The notes: generated from the sequence alone by a model not told the origin. 64,000 nt of DNA from Tagaea sp. (GCA_965279525.1 CBDIIB010000005.1:512001-576000); one strand, 5' to 3'; counted from the first letter of the stretch, positions 10,195-20,396 are shown. Numbers and translations are program-made.

Positions 10195-13100
10195 ATGCAG
10201 TTCGTCAAGTTGCGCCTGTCCGGCTTCAAGTCGTTCGTCGAGCCGACCGAGTTCGCCATCGAACCCGGCCTTACCGGCATCGTCGGTCCCAACGGCTGCG
10301 GCAAGTCGAACCTGGTCGAAGCGCTGCGCTGGGTGATGGGCGAGAACCGCGTCAAGGCGCTGCGCGGCGGCGAGATGGACGACGTGATCTTCGCCGGCAC
10401 GACGAGCCGCCCGTCGCGCAACGTGGCCGAAGTGGGCCTGTTCGTCGACAACGGCGAGCATCGGGCACCGGCCGCGTACAACGACATGAACGATTTCGAC
10501 GTCGTGCGCCGCATCGAGCGCGAGAAGGGCTCGGCCTACCGCATCGGCGGGCGCGAAGTGCGCGCGCGCGACGTGCAGCTGTTCTTCCAGGACGTCGGCT
10601 CGGGCGCGCATTCGCCCTCGCTGGTCAGCCAGGGGCGCATCGGCGCCATCATCCAGGCCAAGCCCACCGAGCGCCGCCAGATCCTGGAAGAGGCCGCCGG
10701 CATCACCGGCCTGCATTCGCGCCGCCACGAGGCGGAGCTGAAGCTGAAGGCCGCCGAACAGAATCTCGCCCGCCTCGACGACGTCATCACGACACTGACC
10801 GCACAGCTCGACGGCCTCAAGAAGCAGGCCCGCCAGGCCGCGCGCTACCGCAACATGAGCGACCTCGTGCGCCGCGCCGAGGCGATCCTGTTCCACCTGC
10901 GCTGGGAAAAGCAGCAGGCCGACAGTGCCATGGCGACCGAGCGGCTCGCCGCCGCCGAAGCGCTGGTCATCGACATCACGACGCGCGCCGCCGCGGCCTC
11001 CACGGTCGTCGCCGAAGCGCAGGCCCTGCTCCCCGATCTGCGCCGCCACGAGGCGGAAGCGGCGGCTGCATTGACGCGCCTGCAGGTCGCGGGCGAACAG
11101 CTGGCGGAAGAAGAGCGCCGCATCGTGGCGCAGATCGAAGCATTGGACGCGCGCCTCGAACAGCTCGCGCGCGACAAGACGCGCGAGGAATCCCTGCTCG
11201 CCGACGCGCACGCCGCGCGCGAGAAGCTGGCGGCCGAACTCGGGGAGCTTGCCGAGCACGACACGCGGGCCGCCGAAGAAGAAGCCGGCCTCGCCACCGA
11301 CATCGAAGCCCGCCGCGACCAGGTGGAAACGCTCGACGCCGACCTCGCCCGCGCCACCGAAGCGGTCGCCAAGGCCGAGAGCGAGCGCGCCTCGCTGCAG
11401 CGCGAGCTTGGCGATCTCGCCGGCCGCCTTGCGCGCCTTGCCGACCGGCGTGCGGCACTGGAAACGGACAAGGTGGGGCTCGAAGCCCAGCTCGCCGGTT
11501 CCGACGAGAAGCGGCTCGCCGCCGAAGCGCGCCTCGCCCAGGCCGATGCCGACATGAACGCGGCCGCCTCGTCCGCCGAAGAGGCCGAGGGCGCGCGACG
11601 CGCCGCCCAGGAAGAGGAATTCGCCGCGCGTGAGACGCTGCGCGAGGCCGACCAGAACCAGTCGAAGCTCGACGGCGAGCGCCAGGGCATCGGGCGTGCG
11701 CTGGCCGCCCTCACCAAGAACGCCGGCCCGCACGCACCCGTGATGGATGCGCTGCGCGTCGTCGCGGGCTACGAGACCGCTCTTGGTGCCGGCCTCGGCG
11801 ACGATCTCTCGGCCTCGCTCGACGGCGAGGCACCGCGCAACTGGCGCGCACTCGACATCGCCGGCAATCCGCCGGCGTTGCCGGTGGGTGCGACACCGCT
11901 GTCGGATTTCGTGCAGGCACCCGAAGCGCTCGCACGCCGGCTTTCGCAGATCGGCATCGTCGCCGATGCCGCCACGGCCGATGCTCTCGCCCCACAGCTC
12001 GCCCAAGGCCAGCGCCTCGTCACGCGCGAAGGTGCCTTGTGGCGCTGGGACGGGTTCGCCCAGCGTGCAGGTGCCGCCTCGCAGGCGGCCGAACTGCTGA
12101 CGATGCGCAACCGCCTCGAAACGCTGGACGCCGAACTGATCCGCGCACGCGAGATCGCCGACGGGGCGCGCATCCGCCATGCCAACGCGCAGGCCGCCGG
12201 CAAGGAAGCCGAAGCGAAGGACCAGGCCGCGCGCACCGCCACGCGCACCTCGACCGCCACGGTCGAAGCAGCACGCAGCGAGATCATCCGCATCGCGCGC
12301 GAAACCGAGAACGAGTCCGCCAAGCTCGGCCTGCTCGCCGGCGAGATCGACCGCAACGAAACCGAACGCGCCGAGATCGACGGCCGCCGGGCGAATGCCG
12401 AGACGCGCTTCGCCGAGATCGAGGACCCGACGAGTGCACGCGCCAAGCTCGCCGAGGACCGCCAGGCCCTGTCCGCCGCCCGCCAGGCGCTGGCCGAGCG
12501 CGAGGCCGCGTCCGCGCGCCTGACGCGCGAGCGCGACGGGCGCGAGCGCCGCCGCCATATGATCGGCAACGAAACCGAGGCGTGGACCAACCGCGCCGAC
12601 GGCGCCCAGCGCCAGATCGCCACGCTCGTCGAGCGCGCCGAGCTGACGGCAAGCGAGCGCGAGGAACTGGCCGGCCGCCCGGCCGAGATCGCCGCCGAGC
12701 GCGAAGCCCTGCTGACCAAGACGCAGGAGATGGAAGCGATCCGCCGCAAGGCCGCCGACGATCTGGCGGCCGCCGAGAACGCCGTTCGCGAGGCCGACCG
12801 CGCGCTGAAGGCCGTGGAAGCCAGCCTTGTCGAGGCACGCGAGGACCGCGTGCGCGAACAGGGCCATGTCGAGCACCAGACGGCGGCGGGCGAACAGCTC
12901 GTGGCCACGATCCGCGAACGGCTCGACTGCGCGCCGGACGGCTGCCTTGCCGCCGGCATGGTCGATCCGTCCGACGAACTGCCCGCGATGGAGGACATCG
13001 AGCGCCGCCTCGACCGCCTCGTGAAGGAGCGCGACAACATGGGCCCGGTCAACCTGCGCGCCGAGCAGGAAGCCGAGGAAGTCGAAGCGCAGATCCTCGG

Positions 13101-13689
13101 CATGACGACCGAGAAGGACGATCTCGTCGCCGCGATCGCCAAGCTGCGCCAGGGCATCAACAGCCTCAACAAGGAGGCGCGCGAGCGCCTGCGCGAGGCC
13201 TTCGCCAAGGTCGACCAGCATTTCCAGGACCTGTTCTCGCGCCTGTTCGGCGGCGGGCGGGCGCATCTGACGCTGACGCCCGTGATGGGCCCCGACGGCC
13301 AGATCAACGACGACCCGCTCGAAGCCGGCCTCGACGTGATGGCCTCGCCCCCGGGCAAGAAGCTCCAGTCGCTGACGTTGCTGTCGGGCGGCGAGCAGGC
13401 GATGACGGCGCTGGCCCTGCTCTTCGCGGTGTTCCTCACCAACCCCGCCCCGATCTGCGTGATGGACGAAGTCGACGCCCCGCTCGACGACGCCAACGTC
13501 GACCGGTTCTGCAAGCTGCTCGACGAGATCGGCCGTTCGTCGGGCGTGCGCTTCATCGTCGTCACCCACCACCGCCTCACCATGGCGAAGATGGACCGGC
13601 TCTTCGGCGTCACGATGGCCGAGCGCGGGGTTTCGACCCTCGTCTCGGTCGATCTTCGCAGTGCAGAAAAGCTCCGCGCGACGGCCTGA
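10195..13689 (+). CDS. smc: Chromosome segregation protein SMC
   Basis: GFKSF, GPNGCGKSN, long coiled coils, LSGGE signature, DEVDAPLD; 1164 aa. Confidence 0.96.
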   Translation: MQFVKLRLSGFKSFVEPTEFAIEPGLTGIVGPNGCGKSNLVEALRWVMGENRVKALRGGEMDDVIFAGTTSRPSRNVAEVGLFVDNGEHRAPAAYNDMNDFDVVRRIEREKGSAYRIGGREVRARDVQLFFQDVGSGAHSPSLVSQGRIGAIIQAKPTERRQILEEAAGITGLHSRRHEAELKLKAAEQNLARLDDVITTLTAQLDGLKKQARQAARYRNMSDLVRRAEAILFHLRWEKQQADSAMATERLAAAEALVIDITTRAAAASTVVAEAQALLPDLRRHEAEAAAALTRLQVAGEQLAEEERRIVAQIEALDARLEQLARDKTREESLLADAHAAREKLAAELGELAEHDTRAAEEEAGLATDIEARRDQVETLDADLARATEAVAKAESERASLQRELGDLAGRLARLADRRAALETDKVGLEAQLAGSDEKRLAAEARLAQADADMNAAASSAEEAEGARRAAQEEEFAARETLREADQNQSKLDGERQGIGRALAALTKNAGPHAPVMDALRVVAGYETALGAGLGDDLSASLDGEAPRNWRALDIAGNPPALPVGATPLSDFVQAPEALARRLSQIGIVADAATADALAPQLAQGQRLVTREGALWRWDGFAQRAGAASQAAELLTMRNRLETLDAELIRAREIADGARIRHANAQAAGKEAEAKDQAARTATRTSTATVEAARSEIIRIARETENESAKLGLLAGEIDRNETERAEIDGRRANAETRFAEIEDPTSARAKLAEDRQALSAARQALAEREAASARLTRERDGRERRRHMIGNETEAWTNRADGAQRQIATLVERAELTASEREELAGRPAEIAAEREALLTKTQEMEAIRRKAADDLAAAENAVREADRALKAVEASLVEAREDRVREQGHVEHQTAAGEQLVATIRERLDCAPDGCLAAGMVDPSDELPAMEDIERRLDRLVKERDNMGPVNLRAEQEAEEVEAQILGMTTEKDDLVAAIAKLRQGINSLNKEARERLREAFAKVDQHFQDLFSRLFGGGRAHLTLTPVMGPDGQINDDPLEAGLDVMASPPGKKLQSLTLLSGGEQAMTALALLFAVFLTNPAPICVMDEVDAPLDDANVDRFCKLLDEIGRSSGVRFIVVTHHRLTMAKMDRLFGVTMAERGVSTLVSVDLRSAEKLRATA

Positions 13690-13742
13690 CGCGCGGGGCG
13701 TTTTCGCTTTCTTATCAAGGCCGTAGTTTCCCCCTTTCGGCC

Positions 13743-13771
13743 TTGACAGGGGAACGGCCCGACCCTATTGT
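13743..13771 (+). promoter_or_regulatory. sigma70-type promoter of the F0 atp operon
   Basis: TTGACA-N17-TATTGT upstream of atpI. Confidence 0.65.
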
Positions 13772-13790
13772 CCGCGCCGTCATCGAGACG

Positions 13791-13819
13791 GAAAAGGGCG
13801 GATTCTTCGCCCTTTTTTG
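13791..13819 (+). terminator. Terminator-like hairpin between smc and atpI
   Basis: AAAAGGGCG-GATTCTT-CGCCCTTTTTT stem followed by a T-run. Confidence 0.55.
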
Positions 13820-13857
13820 TCGTTTCGACCGGCAGCGAACGCAAGAGGTTCCCGAGC

Positions 13858-14208
13858 ATGACCGATCCGGATGACCGGACGCGCCAGCTCGACGAGCTCT
13901 CGGCCAAGGTAGAGGCCGTGCAGGCGCGCCGGGCGAAAGCGGAGACGCGTTCGGCATCTTCGGCCGGGCGGACGACGGGGCAGATGGGCCTCGGCTTCCG
14001 CATCTCGGTCGAACTGCTCGCCACGCTCGCCGTCGGGACCGGGATGGGCTACGTGCTCGACCGGTGGCTCGGCACCTCGCCGTGGCTGACGCTCGCGTTC
14101 TTCATGCTCGGCGCAGCCGCCGGCATGCGCAACGTGATCCGGGTCGCCACCGCCGCCCAGAAGAAGGTGGCCGACGACGCGGAACGCAAGACTGAGACCG
14201 AGACCTGA
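13858..14208 (+). CDS. atpI: ATP synthase protein I (AtpZ/AtpI family)
   Basis: GFRISVELL...GYVLDRWLGTSPW..L....LG..AG..NV; first gene of the F0 operon. Confidence 0.85.
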   Translation: MTDPDDRTRQLDELSAKVEAVQARRAKAETRSASSAGRTTGQMGLGFRISVELLATLAVGTGMGYVLDRWLGTSPWLTLAFFMLGAAAGMRNVIRVATAAQKKVADDAERKTETET

Positions 14209-14236
14209 ATTCAAGTTTTTCCGGAGCACCCGCACC

Positions 14237-14971
14237 GTGGCAAGTCCCCTCGAGCAGTTCCAGATCAAGCCGATCGTGCAGTTCAGCCTGGCGGGCTACG
14301 ACCTCGCCTACACGAACTCGGCGCTGATGATGACGGTCGCCGCGGTCGCCGCCTCGGTGCTGCTGCTCGCCGCCGCGAACGGGGCCCGCCTCGTGCCGGG
14401 CCGGCTCCAGTCGGTGGGCGAGATCATGTACGGCTTCATTGCCGGCATGGTGCGCGAGAATGTCGGCGACGAAGGGAAAAAGTATTTCCCGTTCTTTTTC
14501 ACGCTTTTCTGCTTCGTGCTGTTCGGCAACCTCGCGGGCATGATCCCGGGCGCCTTCACCTTCACCAGCCACATCGTCGTGACGTTCACGATGGCGCTCG
14601 CCATCTTCCTCGTCATCACCGTGATCGGCTTCATGCACCACGGCACGCACTTCTTCTCGCTGTTCTTCCCGTCGGGCGCCCCGCTTGCCACGGCGCCCAT
14701 TCTCATCCCGATCGAAGTGATCTCGTACATGGCCCGCCCGATCTCGCTGTCGGTGCGCCTGTTCGCGAACATGACGGTGGGCCACATCATCATGAAGATC
14801 TTCGCGGGCTTCGTGATCAGCCTGGGCGCGTTCTTCGTGATCCCGGGCGTCGTCCCCTTCGCGGTCCTGGTCGGCATCTCGGCACTCGAGTTCTTCGTCG
14901 CCGCCCTCCAGGCCTACATCTTCACGATCCTGTCCTGCATCTACCTGCACGACGCGATCCACCTGCACTGA
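14237..14971 (+). CDS. atpB: ATP synthase F0 subunit a
   Basis: SPLEQF, VPGRLQ, RPISLSVRLFANM, LQAYIF. Confidence 0.96.
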   Translation: MASPLEQFQIKPIVQFSLAGYDLAYTNSALMMTVAAVAASVLLLAAANGARLVPGRLQSVGEIMYGFIAGMVRENVGDEGKKYFPFFFTLFCFVLFGNLAGMIPGAFTFTSHIVVTFTMALAIFLVITVIGFMHHGTHFFSLFFPSGAPLATAPILIPIEVISYMARPISLSVRLFANMTVGHIIMKIFAGFVISLGAFFVIPGVVPFAVLVGISALEFFVAALQAYIFTILSCIYLHDAIHLH

Positions 14972-15057
14972 GCGCCGTTGCCGCCCTGCCCCGACCCTGT
15001 GGACCGGCCGGACGGAAACGAAGCGACCAGTAAACCGAAAGAGAGAGGAACATCACT

Positions 15058-15282
15058 ATGGAAGTCGCAGCAGCAAAGCTCATCGGCATGGGTCTGGCCG
15101 CCATCGGCATGATCGGTGCGGGCATCGGCGTGGGCTCGGTGTGGGCCAGCCTGATCTCGGCCGTCGCGCGCAACCCGGCCGCCAAGGACAACGTGCAGGT
15201 CTTCGCCTATATCGGCTTCGCGGTGACCGAGTTCATCGCGCTGCTCGCCTTCGTCATCGCGATCCTGATCTTCGTCTCCTGA
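15058..15282 (+). CDS. atpE: ATP synthase F0 subunit c
   Basis: GAGIGVG, ARNP loop and the ion-binding Glu (AVTE); 74 aa. Confidence 0.95.
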   Translation: MEVAAAKLIGMGLAAIGMIGAGIGVGSVWASLISAVARNPAAKDNVQVFAYIGFAVTEFIALLAFVIAILIFVS

Positions 15283-15289
15283 TCCCGTT

Positions 15290-15319
15290 TCCGGGGAAGG
15301 GCATCGGCCCTTCCCCGGA
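15290..15319 (+). other. Strong intercistronic hairpin after atpE (likely an mRNA stability element)
   Basis: TCCGGGGAAGGGC-ATCG-GCCCTTCCCCGGA, a 13-bp perfect stem. Confidence 0.6.
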
Positions 15320-15344
15320 TCCGTTTTCCCGAAGGGGAAATCCG

Positions 15345-15818
15345 ATGCCGCAGTTCGATCCCACTTGGTTCCCCAGCCAGATCTTCTGGCTCGCGATCAT
15401 CTTCCTCGCCTTCTACGTCGTGCTCTCGAAGCTCGTGCTGCCCCAGCTGGGGGCCGCGATCGAGGGCCGCGAGAAGCAGATCGAGGGCGACCTCGCGCGC
15501 GCCGGCTCGCTGAAGGGCGAGAGCGACGCGATGATCGCCACCTACGAGAAGGCGCTGGCCGAGAGCCGCGCCAAGGCCCAGGCCGTGCGCGCGGAGACCG
15601 AGGCGAAGCTCGCCAAGGAAGCCGCGGTGAAGTCCGCCGCCCTCAACGCCGCGCTGGGCGACAAGATCAAGGCCGCCGAGGCGAAGATCGCCGAGGCCCG
15701 CCGTGCCGCCCTTTCCAACGTCGAGGCGCTGGCCGCCGAGATCGCCGTCGAAGCCGCCCGCAAGATCGGCGGCATCTCGGTGACCGAGGCCGACGCCAAG
15801 ACCGCGGCGCGCGGCTAG
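15345..15818 (+). CDS. ATP synthase F0 subunit b'
   Basis: MPQFDPTWFPSQIFWL N-terminus followed by a coiled coil. Confidence 0.92.
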   Translation: MPQFDPTWFPSQIFWLAIIFLAFYVVLSKLVLPQLGAAIEGREKQIEGDLARAGSLKGESDAMIATYEKALAESRAKAQAVRAETEAKLAKEAAVKSAALNAALGDKIKAAEAKIAEARRAALSNVEALAAEIAVEAARKIGGISVTEADAKTAARG

Positions 15819-15829
15819 GAGCAACAGAC

Positions 15830-16318
15830 ATGGCAATCCTGCAGAACGAATATCTCTGGATCTCGCTGGCGATCCTGACCCTGTTCTGGTTCGCCGCCGG
15901 CCCGGTCAAGTCGGCCGTGCTCGGCGGGCTCGATGCGCGCGCCGCACGCATCGCCAAGGACCTCGAGGAAGCGGCCGCCCTGCGCAAGCAGGCCGAAGCG
16001 CTGCTGGCCGAGTACCAGGCCAAGCACCGCGAGGCGATGGCGCAGGCCGAAGCGATCCTGACCAACGCCCGCGAGGAAGCGGCCCGCCTCGCCCAGAAGG
16101 CCGAGGGTGACCTTGCTGCCTCGCTGAAGCGCCGCGAGGACCTCGCGATGGAGCGCATCGCGCAGGCCGAAGCGCAGGCGACCGCCGAAGTGCGCACCGC
16201 CGCGGTCGACCTCGCGATGGCCGCCACGGCCCGCCTGCTCGAAGGCCGCCTCGACGCTGCCCGCCAGGACGCGCTGATCGACGGTGCCATCAAGGCGATG
16301 CCCGCCCGTCTCAACTAA
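15830..16318 (+). CDS. atpF: ATP synthase F0 subunit b
   Basis: N-terminal TM, LDARAARI..DLEEA..LR..A coiled coil, IAQAEAQA. Confidence 0.9.
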   Translation: MAILQNEYLWISLAILTLFWFAAGPVKSAVLGGLDARAARIAKDLEEAAALRKQAEALLAEYQAKHREAMAQAEAILTNAREEAARLAQKAEGDLAASLKRREDLAMERIAQAEAQATAEVRTAAVDLAMAATARLLEGRLDAARQDALIDGAIKAMPARLN

Positions 16319-16345
16319 GCGTTTCCGGCTCTGGCCGGAACAAAG

Positions 16346-16378
16346 ACGCCGCCGCCCGCAAGGCCGGCGGCGTTTTTC
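16346..16378 (+). terminator. Rho-independent terminator of the atp operon
   Basis: ACGCCGCCG...CGGCGGCGT stem followed by TTTT. Confidence 0.75.
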
Positions 16379-16595
16379 GTTTCAGGAGACGACAGGAGAC
16401 GGGATGTTACAGTCTCCTGTCCAAGCCGTTGAAACGCCGGCGAATCATACGAGACAGGTGACGTAACCCGCGTTTCGATTGACGAAACTTTGCGGCCGTT
16501 TCGCGGGCACGCTCCCGCCTGGTCCAGTTCACGATGTCAAAGAGCGCACGGCCGGATGGTCCCGGCCGATGCGAGGAGGTTAATCTGCGAAGGGA

Positions 16596-16610
16596 TTAAA
16601 TACAACTTAA
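16596..16610. promoter_or_regulatory. CtrA-like box (TTAA-N7-TTAA)
   Basis: TTAA-ATACAAC-TTAA in an AT-rich patch upstream of the SDR gene. Confidence 0.4.
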
Positions 16611-16694
16611 AATACAATCGTATTCGACCAAGCGCCGGCGCGTGTCATGCTGGCCCCGAGACAAAGGCCATCCCCGCAAGAGCGAGACCGCATC

Positions 16695-17459
16695 ATGGCG
16701 ATCTATCCCGAGATGAAAGACAAGGTCGCACTGGTGACCGGCGGCAGCAGCGGCATCGGTTTTGCGACCGCGCGCGCATTCGCCCGCCAGGGGGCGCGCG
16801 TCGTGATCGCCAGCCGCAGCGCCGCGGGCGGCAAAGCGGCCCTCAAGCAGCTCGCACGGGAAGGCGAAGTCGAGTGGATCGCGACCGACACGGCCGACGG
16901 CAGATCGGTCGCCCGGCTCTTCGCCGCCATCGCAAAGCGCCACACGCGCCTCGACTACGCGTTCAACAATGGCGGTAGCGGTGCGGGCGGCGGCCCGATC
17001 GGCCGCATGAAGGAAGACCAGTGGCGCCGGACCATCGACGGCTACCTCACCTCGGTCTTCCTGTGCATGAGTGCGGAAATCCCCGCAATGGCCAAAGCCG
17101 GCGGCGCAATCGTCAACAACGCGTCTGTCGACGGGCTGCGCGGCTATCCGTTCCCGGGCGGGGCCGCCTATTCGGCCGCCAAGCACGGCGTGCTCGGGCT
17201 CACGAAGAGTGCCGCCCTCGAACAGGCGAAGACGGAGCTGCGGATCTGCGCCATCTGCCCCGGCTGGATCGACACGCCCCCCGTGGCTAACTGGATGAAG
17301 CGCGACAAGGCGGTCGCGACTGAGATCCTGCGCCAGACGCCCAAGGGCCGGCCCGGCAAGCCCGACGAGATCGCCGAATCGGTGCTGTGGCTATGCTCGG
17401 ACGCGGCGAGCTTCGCCGTGGGCAGCGTGTTCGCGATCGACGGCGGGTATATGGCCTGA
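16695..17459 (+). CDS. Short-chain dehydrogenase/reductase
   Basis: TGGSSGIG, NNGG, catalytic YSAAK, CPGWIDT, IDGG. Confidence 0.92.
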   Translation: MAIYPEMKDKVALVTGGSSGIGFATARAFARQGARVVIASRSAAGGKAALKQLAREGEVEWIATDTADGRSVARLFAAIAKRHTRLDYAFNNGGSGAGGGPIGRMKEDQWRRTIDGYLTSVFLCMSAEIPAMAKAGGAIVNNASVDGLRGYPFPGGAAYSAAKHGVLGLTKSAALEQAKTELRICAICPGWIDTPPVANWMKRDKAVATEILRQTPKGRPGKPDEIAESVLWLCSDAASFAVGSVFAIDGGYMA

Positions 17460-17462
17460 CGC

Positions 17463-19034
17463 CTACTCCGCCGCCTGCTTGGTCACCGCTTCCGGCTTCC
17501 AGCGCAGCACCGGCGCGCGCGCCGCACGCGTCTCGTCCAGACGCCGACGCGGGGTCAAACGCGGGGCGGCGTGGAAGAAGGCTTCGGCACCGGGCTTCTT
17601 CGCCTCGGCCGCAAGGTGTCGCAGCGTGTCGATGAATGCGTCGAGCGATTCGCGGCTCTCGCTTTCTGTCGGTTCGATCAGCATCGCGCCGTGGACGACG
17701 AGCGGGAAATACATCGTCATCGGGTGGTAGCCCTCGTCGATCATCGCCTTGGCGAAGTCGAGCGTGGACACGCCCGTGTCCTTTAGGAACGTGTCGTCGA
17801 ACAGCGCTTCGTGCATGCAGGGGCCGTCGAAGGCCGGGCTCATCACGTCCTTGAGGCGCGCCTGGATGTAGTTGGCGTTCAGCACCGCGTCTTCCGACGC
17901 TTGGCGGATGCCGTCGGCCCCGTGGCTCAGCATGTACGCCATCGCACGCACGAACATGCCCATCTGGCCGTTGAACGCCTTGAGGCGGCCGAAGGGCTCT
18001 GCCGTCCCCTCCTTCGTCTCGACCAGACGGAACCCGTCCTTGCCGTGCACGACATAGGGCAGCGGGGCGAAATTCGCCAACGCGGCGGACAGCACGACCG
18101 GGCCGGAGCCCGGCCCGCCGCCGCCATGCGGCGTGGAGAAGGTCTTGTGCAGGTTGATGTGCATGGCGTCGACGCCGAGATCGGCCGGGCGCACGCGGCC
18201 CGCGATGGCGTTGTAGTTCGCCCCGTCGCAATAGAAATAGCCGCCGGCCTTGTGGATCAGGTCGGCGATCTTGCGGATGTCGTTCTCGAACAGCCCGCAG
18301 GTGTTCGGGTTGGTGAGCATGATGGCGGCGACGTCCGGCCCCAGCTTCTTCTCGAACGCGGCGAGGTCGACGCGCCCGCGCGCGTCGGCCGGGATCGGAT
18401 CGACCTGGAACCCGAGCAGTGCTGCGGTAGCGGGGTTCGTGCCGTGCGCGGATTCAGGCACGAGCACGCGCTTTCGCGTCGCACCCTCGCCCTTGGCCTT
18501 GATCGCCGACCAGATCGCGACCATGCCGCACAGTTCGCCATGGGCACCTGCCGCCGGGCTCATCGCCACGGCGGGCATGCCGGTCAGCGTCTTCAGCCAG
18601 TGGGCGAGCCGGTCGATCAGTTCGAGCGCCCCCTGCACGGTCTTGACCGGCTGCAGCGGGTGGATGTCGGCGAAGCCCGGCAGGCGGGCCATCTTCTCGT
18701 TGAGGCGCGGGTTGTGCTTCATCGTGCACGAACCGAGCGCGAAGAGGCCGCTGTCGATGCCGTAGTTCTTCTGCGACAGGCGCGTGAAATGGCGCACGAC
18801 CTGCGGCTCCGAAAGGCACGGCAGGCCGACCTCAGCCTTGCGCGCGAAACCACCCAGCTTCGAGGCGACCTTCGGTGCGGGGGCGACGTCCACGCCGATG
18901 CGGCCCGGCACGCCCTGCTCGAAGATCAGTTTTTCTTCCAGATCGAGGCCGCGATGGCCCGACCGGGTGACGACCGGCGGCAGTGCCGATCCGGCATCGT
19001 TGGCAGCATTCGTGCGGCCCTGGCTCTTGTCCAT
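17463..19034 (-). CDS. gcvPB: Glycine dehydrogenase subunit 2 (P protein beta)
   Basis: LGSCTMKHNP, SAHGTNPA, and the PLP lysine in HINLHKTFSTPHGGGGPG. An alternative TTG start lies at 19040. Confidence 0.95.
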   Translation of the reverse strand: MDKSQGRTNAANDAGSALPPVVTRSGHRGLDLEEKLIFEQGVPGRIGVDVAPAPKVASKLGGFARKAEVGLPCLSEPQVVRHFTRLSQKNYGIDSGLFALGSCTMKHNPRLNEKMARLPGFADIHPLQPVKTVQGALELIDRLAHWLKTLTGMPAVAMSPAAGAHGELCGMVAIWSAIKAKGEGATRKRVLVPESAHGTNPATAALLGFQVDPIPADARGRVDLAAFEKKLGPDVAAIMLTNPNTCGLFENDIRKIADLIHKAGGYFYCDGANYNAIAGRVRPADLGVDAMHINLHKTFSTPHGGGGPGSGPVVLSAALANFAPLPYVVHGKDGFRLVETKEGTAEPFGRLKAFNGQMGMFVRAMAYMLSHGADGIRQASEDAVLNANYIQARLKDVMSPAFDGPCMHEALFDDTFLKDTGVSTLDFAKAMIDEGYHPMTMYFPLVVHGAMLIEPTESESRESLDAFIDTLRHLAAEAKKPGAEAFFHAAPRLTPRRRLDETRAARAPVLRWKPEAVTKQAAE

Positions 19035-19036
19035 GA

Positions 19037-20383
19037 TCAAAGCACCTCGGCAAGGGCGGCGGCGAACTTATCCATGTCCGCCGGCGTGTTGGTTTCGGTC
19101 GCGGCGACGATCAGCACGTTCGCCATGTCCTTGTGGCCCGGCCACAGACGGCCACCCGGCACGCCGGCGAGCACGCCCTTGTCCACCAGCGCATCCACGA
19201 CGGCGGACGCGTCCTTGGGCAGGCGCACGGCGAACTCGTTGAAGAACGCGTCGGTCAGGAGCGACACGCCCTTCACCTTGGCGAGCTTCTCGGCCAGCAA
19301 CGCGGCATGCGCGTGGTTGAGGGCCGCGAGTTCATTGAGGCCGCGTTCGCCCAGCAGCGACAGATGCACCGTGAAGGCGAGCGCGCACAGACCCGAGTTC
19401 GTGCAGATGTTCGATGTCGCCTTCTCGCGGCGGATATGCTGCTCGCGCGTGGAGAGCGTGAGCACCCAACCGCGCTTGCCGTCGGCATCCACCGTCTCGC
19501 CGCACAGGCGACCCGGCATCTGGCGCACGTATTTTTCCTTGGCGGCGAACAGACCCACATAGGGCCCGCCATAATTGAGCCCGTTGCCGATCGACTGGCC
19601 CTCGCCCACCACGATGTCGGCGCCCATGGCACCCGGCGGCGTCACGGCACCCATCGAGATGATTTCGGGCACCGCGCAGATCAGCAGCGCCCCCGCCTTC
19701 TGGCACGCGGCGGCGAGTGCCGAGAAATCCTCGAGCCGGCCGAAAACGTTGGGATACTGCACGACGACGCACGAGGTCGTCGCGTCGATCTTCTCGGCGA
19801 GGCCCTTGAGGCCGTCGGGCGAGGGCACGCCTGCATCGACCGCGAAGCCGGAGAAGCGGCCGTGCGTTTCGACCGTCTCGCGATAGTGCGGATGCAAGGC
19901 ACCCGACAGGATCGCCTTGCCGCGCCGCGTGACGCGGTTGGCCATCATCACGGCTTCCACGCACGACGTGGCCGCGTCGTACATCGAGGCGTTCGCCACT
20001 TCCATGCCGGTCAGCAGCGCCACCTGCGTCTGGAACTCGAACAGGTATTGCAGCGTGCCCTGCGCGATCTCGGGCTGGTAGGGCGTGTAGCTCGTCAGGA
20101 ACTCGCCGCGCTGGATGATGTAGTCGACCGAAGCCGGCACATGATGCCGGTAGGCCCCGCAGCCGATGAAGCTCGCCATCGACCCCGCCGGGCGGTTCTT
20201 CGCGGCAAGGGCGCCCATCTCGCGCTCGACCTCCAGCTCCGTCATCGTCGTGGAAAGGCCGGTAACCGGGCCTTTCAGCACGGCATGCGCGGGCACGTCG
20301 ACGAACAGCTCGTCGACCGACGCGGCCCCGATGGCGGCGAGCATCGAACGCCGGTCGGATTCGGTGTGGGGCAGATAGCGCAT
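19037..20383 (-). CDS. gcvPA: Glycine dehydrogenase subunit 1 (P protein alpha)
   Basis: [35 protein letters not shown]. Confidence 0.95.
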   Translation of the reverse strand: MRYLPHTESDRRSMLAAIGAASVDELFVDVPAHAVLKGPVTGLSTTMTELEVEREMGALAAKNRPAGSMASFIGCGAYRHHVPASVDYIIQRGEFLTSYTPYQPEIAQGTLQYLFEFQTQVALLTGMEVANASMYDAATSCVEAVMMANRVTRRGKAILSGALHPHYRETVETHGRFSGFAVDAGVPSPDGLKGLAEKIDATTSCVVVQYPNVFGRLEDFSALAAACQKAGALLICAVPEIISMGAVTPPGAMGADIVVGEGQSIGNGLNYGGPYVGLFAAKEKYVRQMPGRLCGETVDADGKRGWVLTLSTREQHIRREKATSNICTNSGLCALAFTVHLSLLGERGLNELAALNHAHAALLAEKLAKVKGVSLLTDAFFNEFAVRLPKDASAVVDALVDKGVLAGVPGGRLWPGHKDMANVLIVAATETNTPADMDKFAAALAEVL

Positions 20384-20396
20384 GCGTTGTTTTCCT

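Noticed and set aside
10186-13572. 1128-aa minus-strand ORF, and similar long ORFs at 31986-35039, 38555-41302, 41299-44301 and 50673-53333
   Set aside because: Shadow or alternative frames over smc, thrC/M32, cox, tldD and fusA; Arg/Ala/Gly-rich translations with no recognisable domains.
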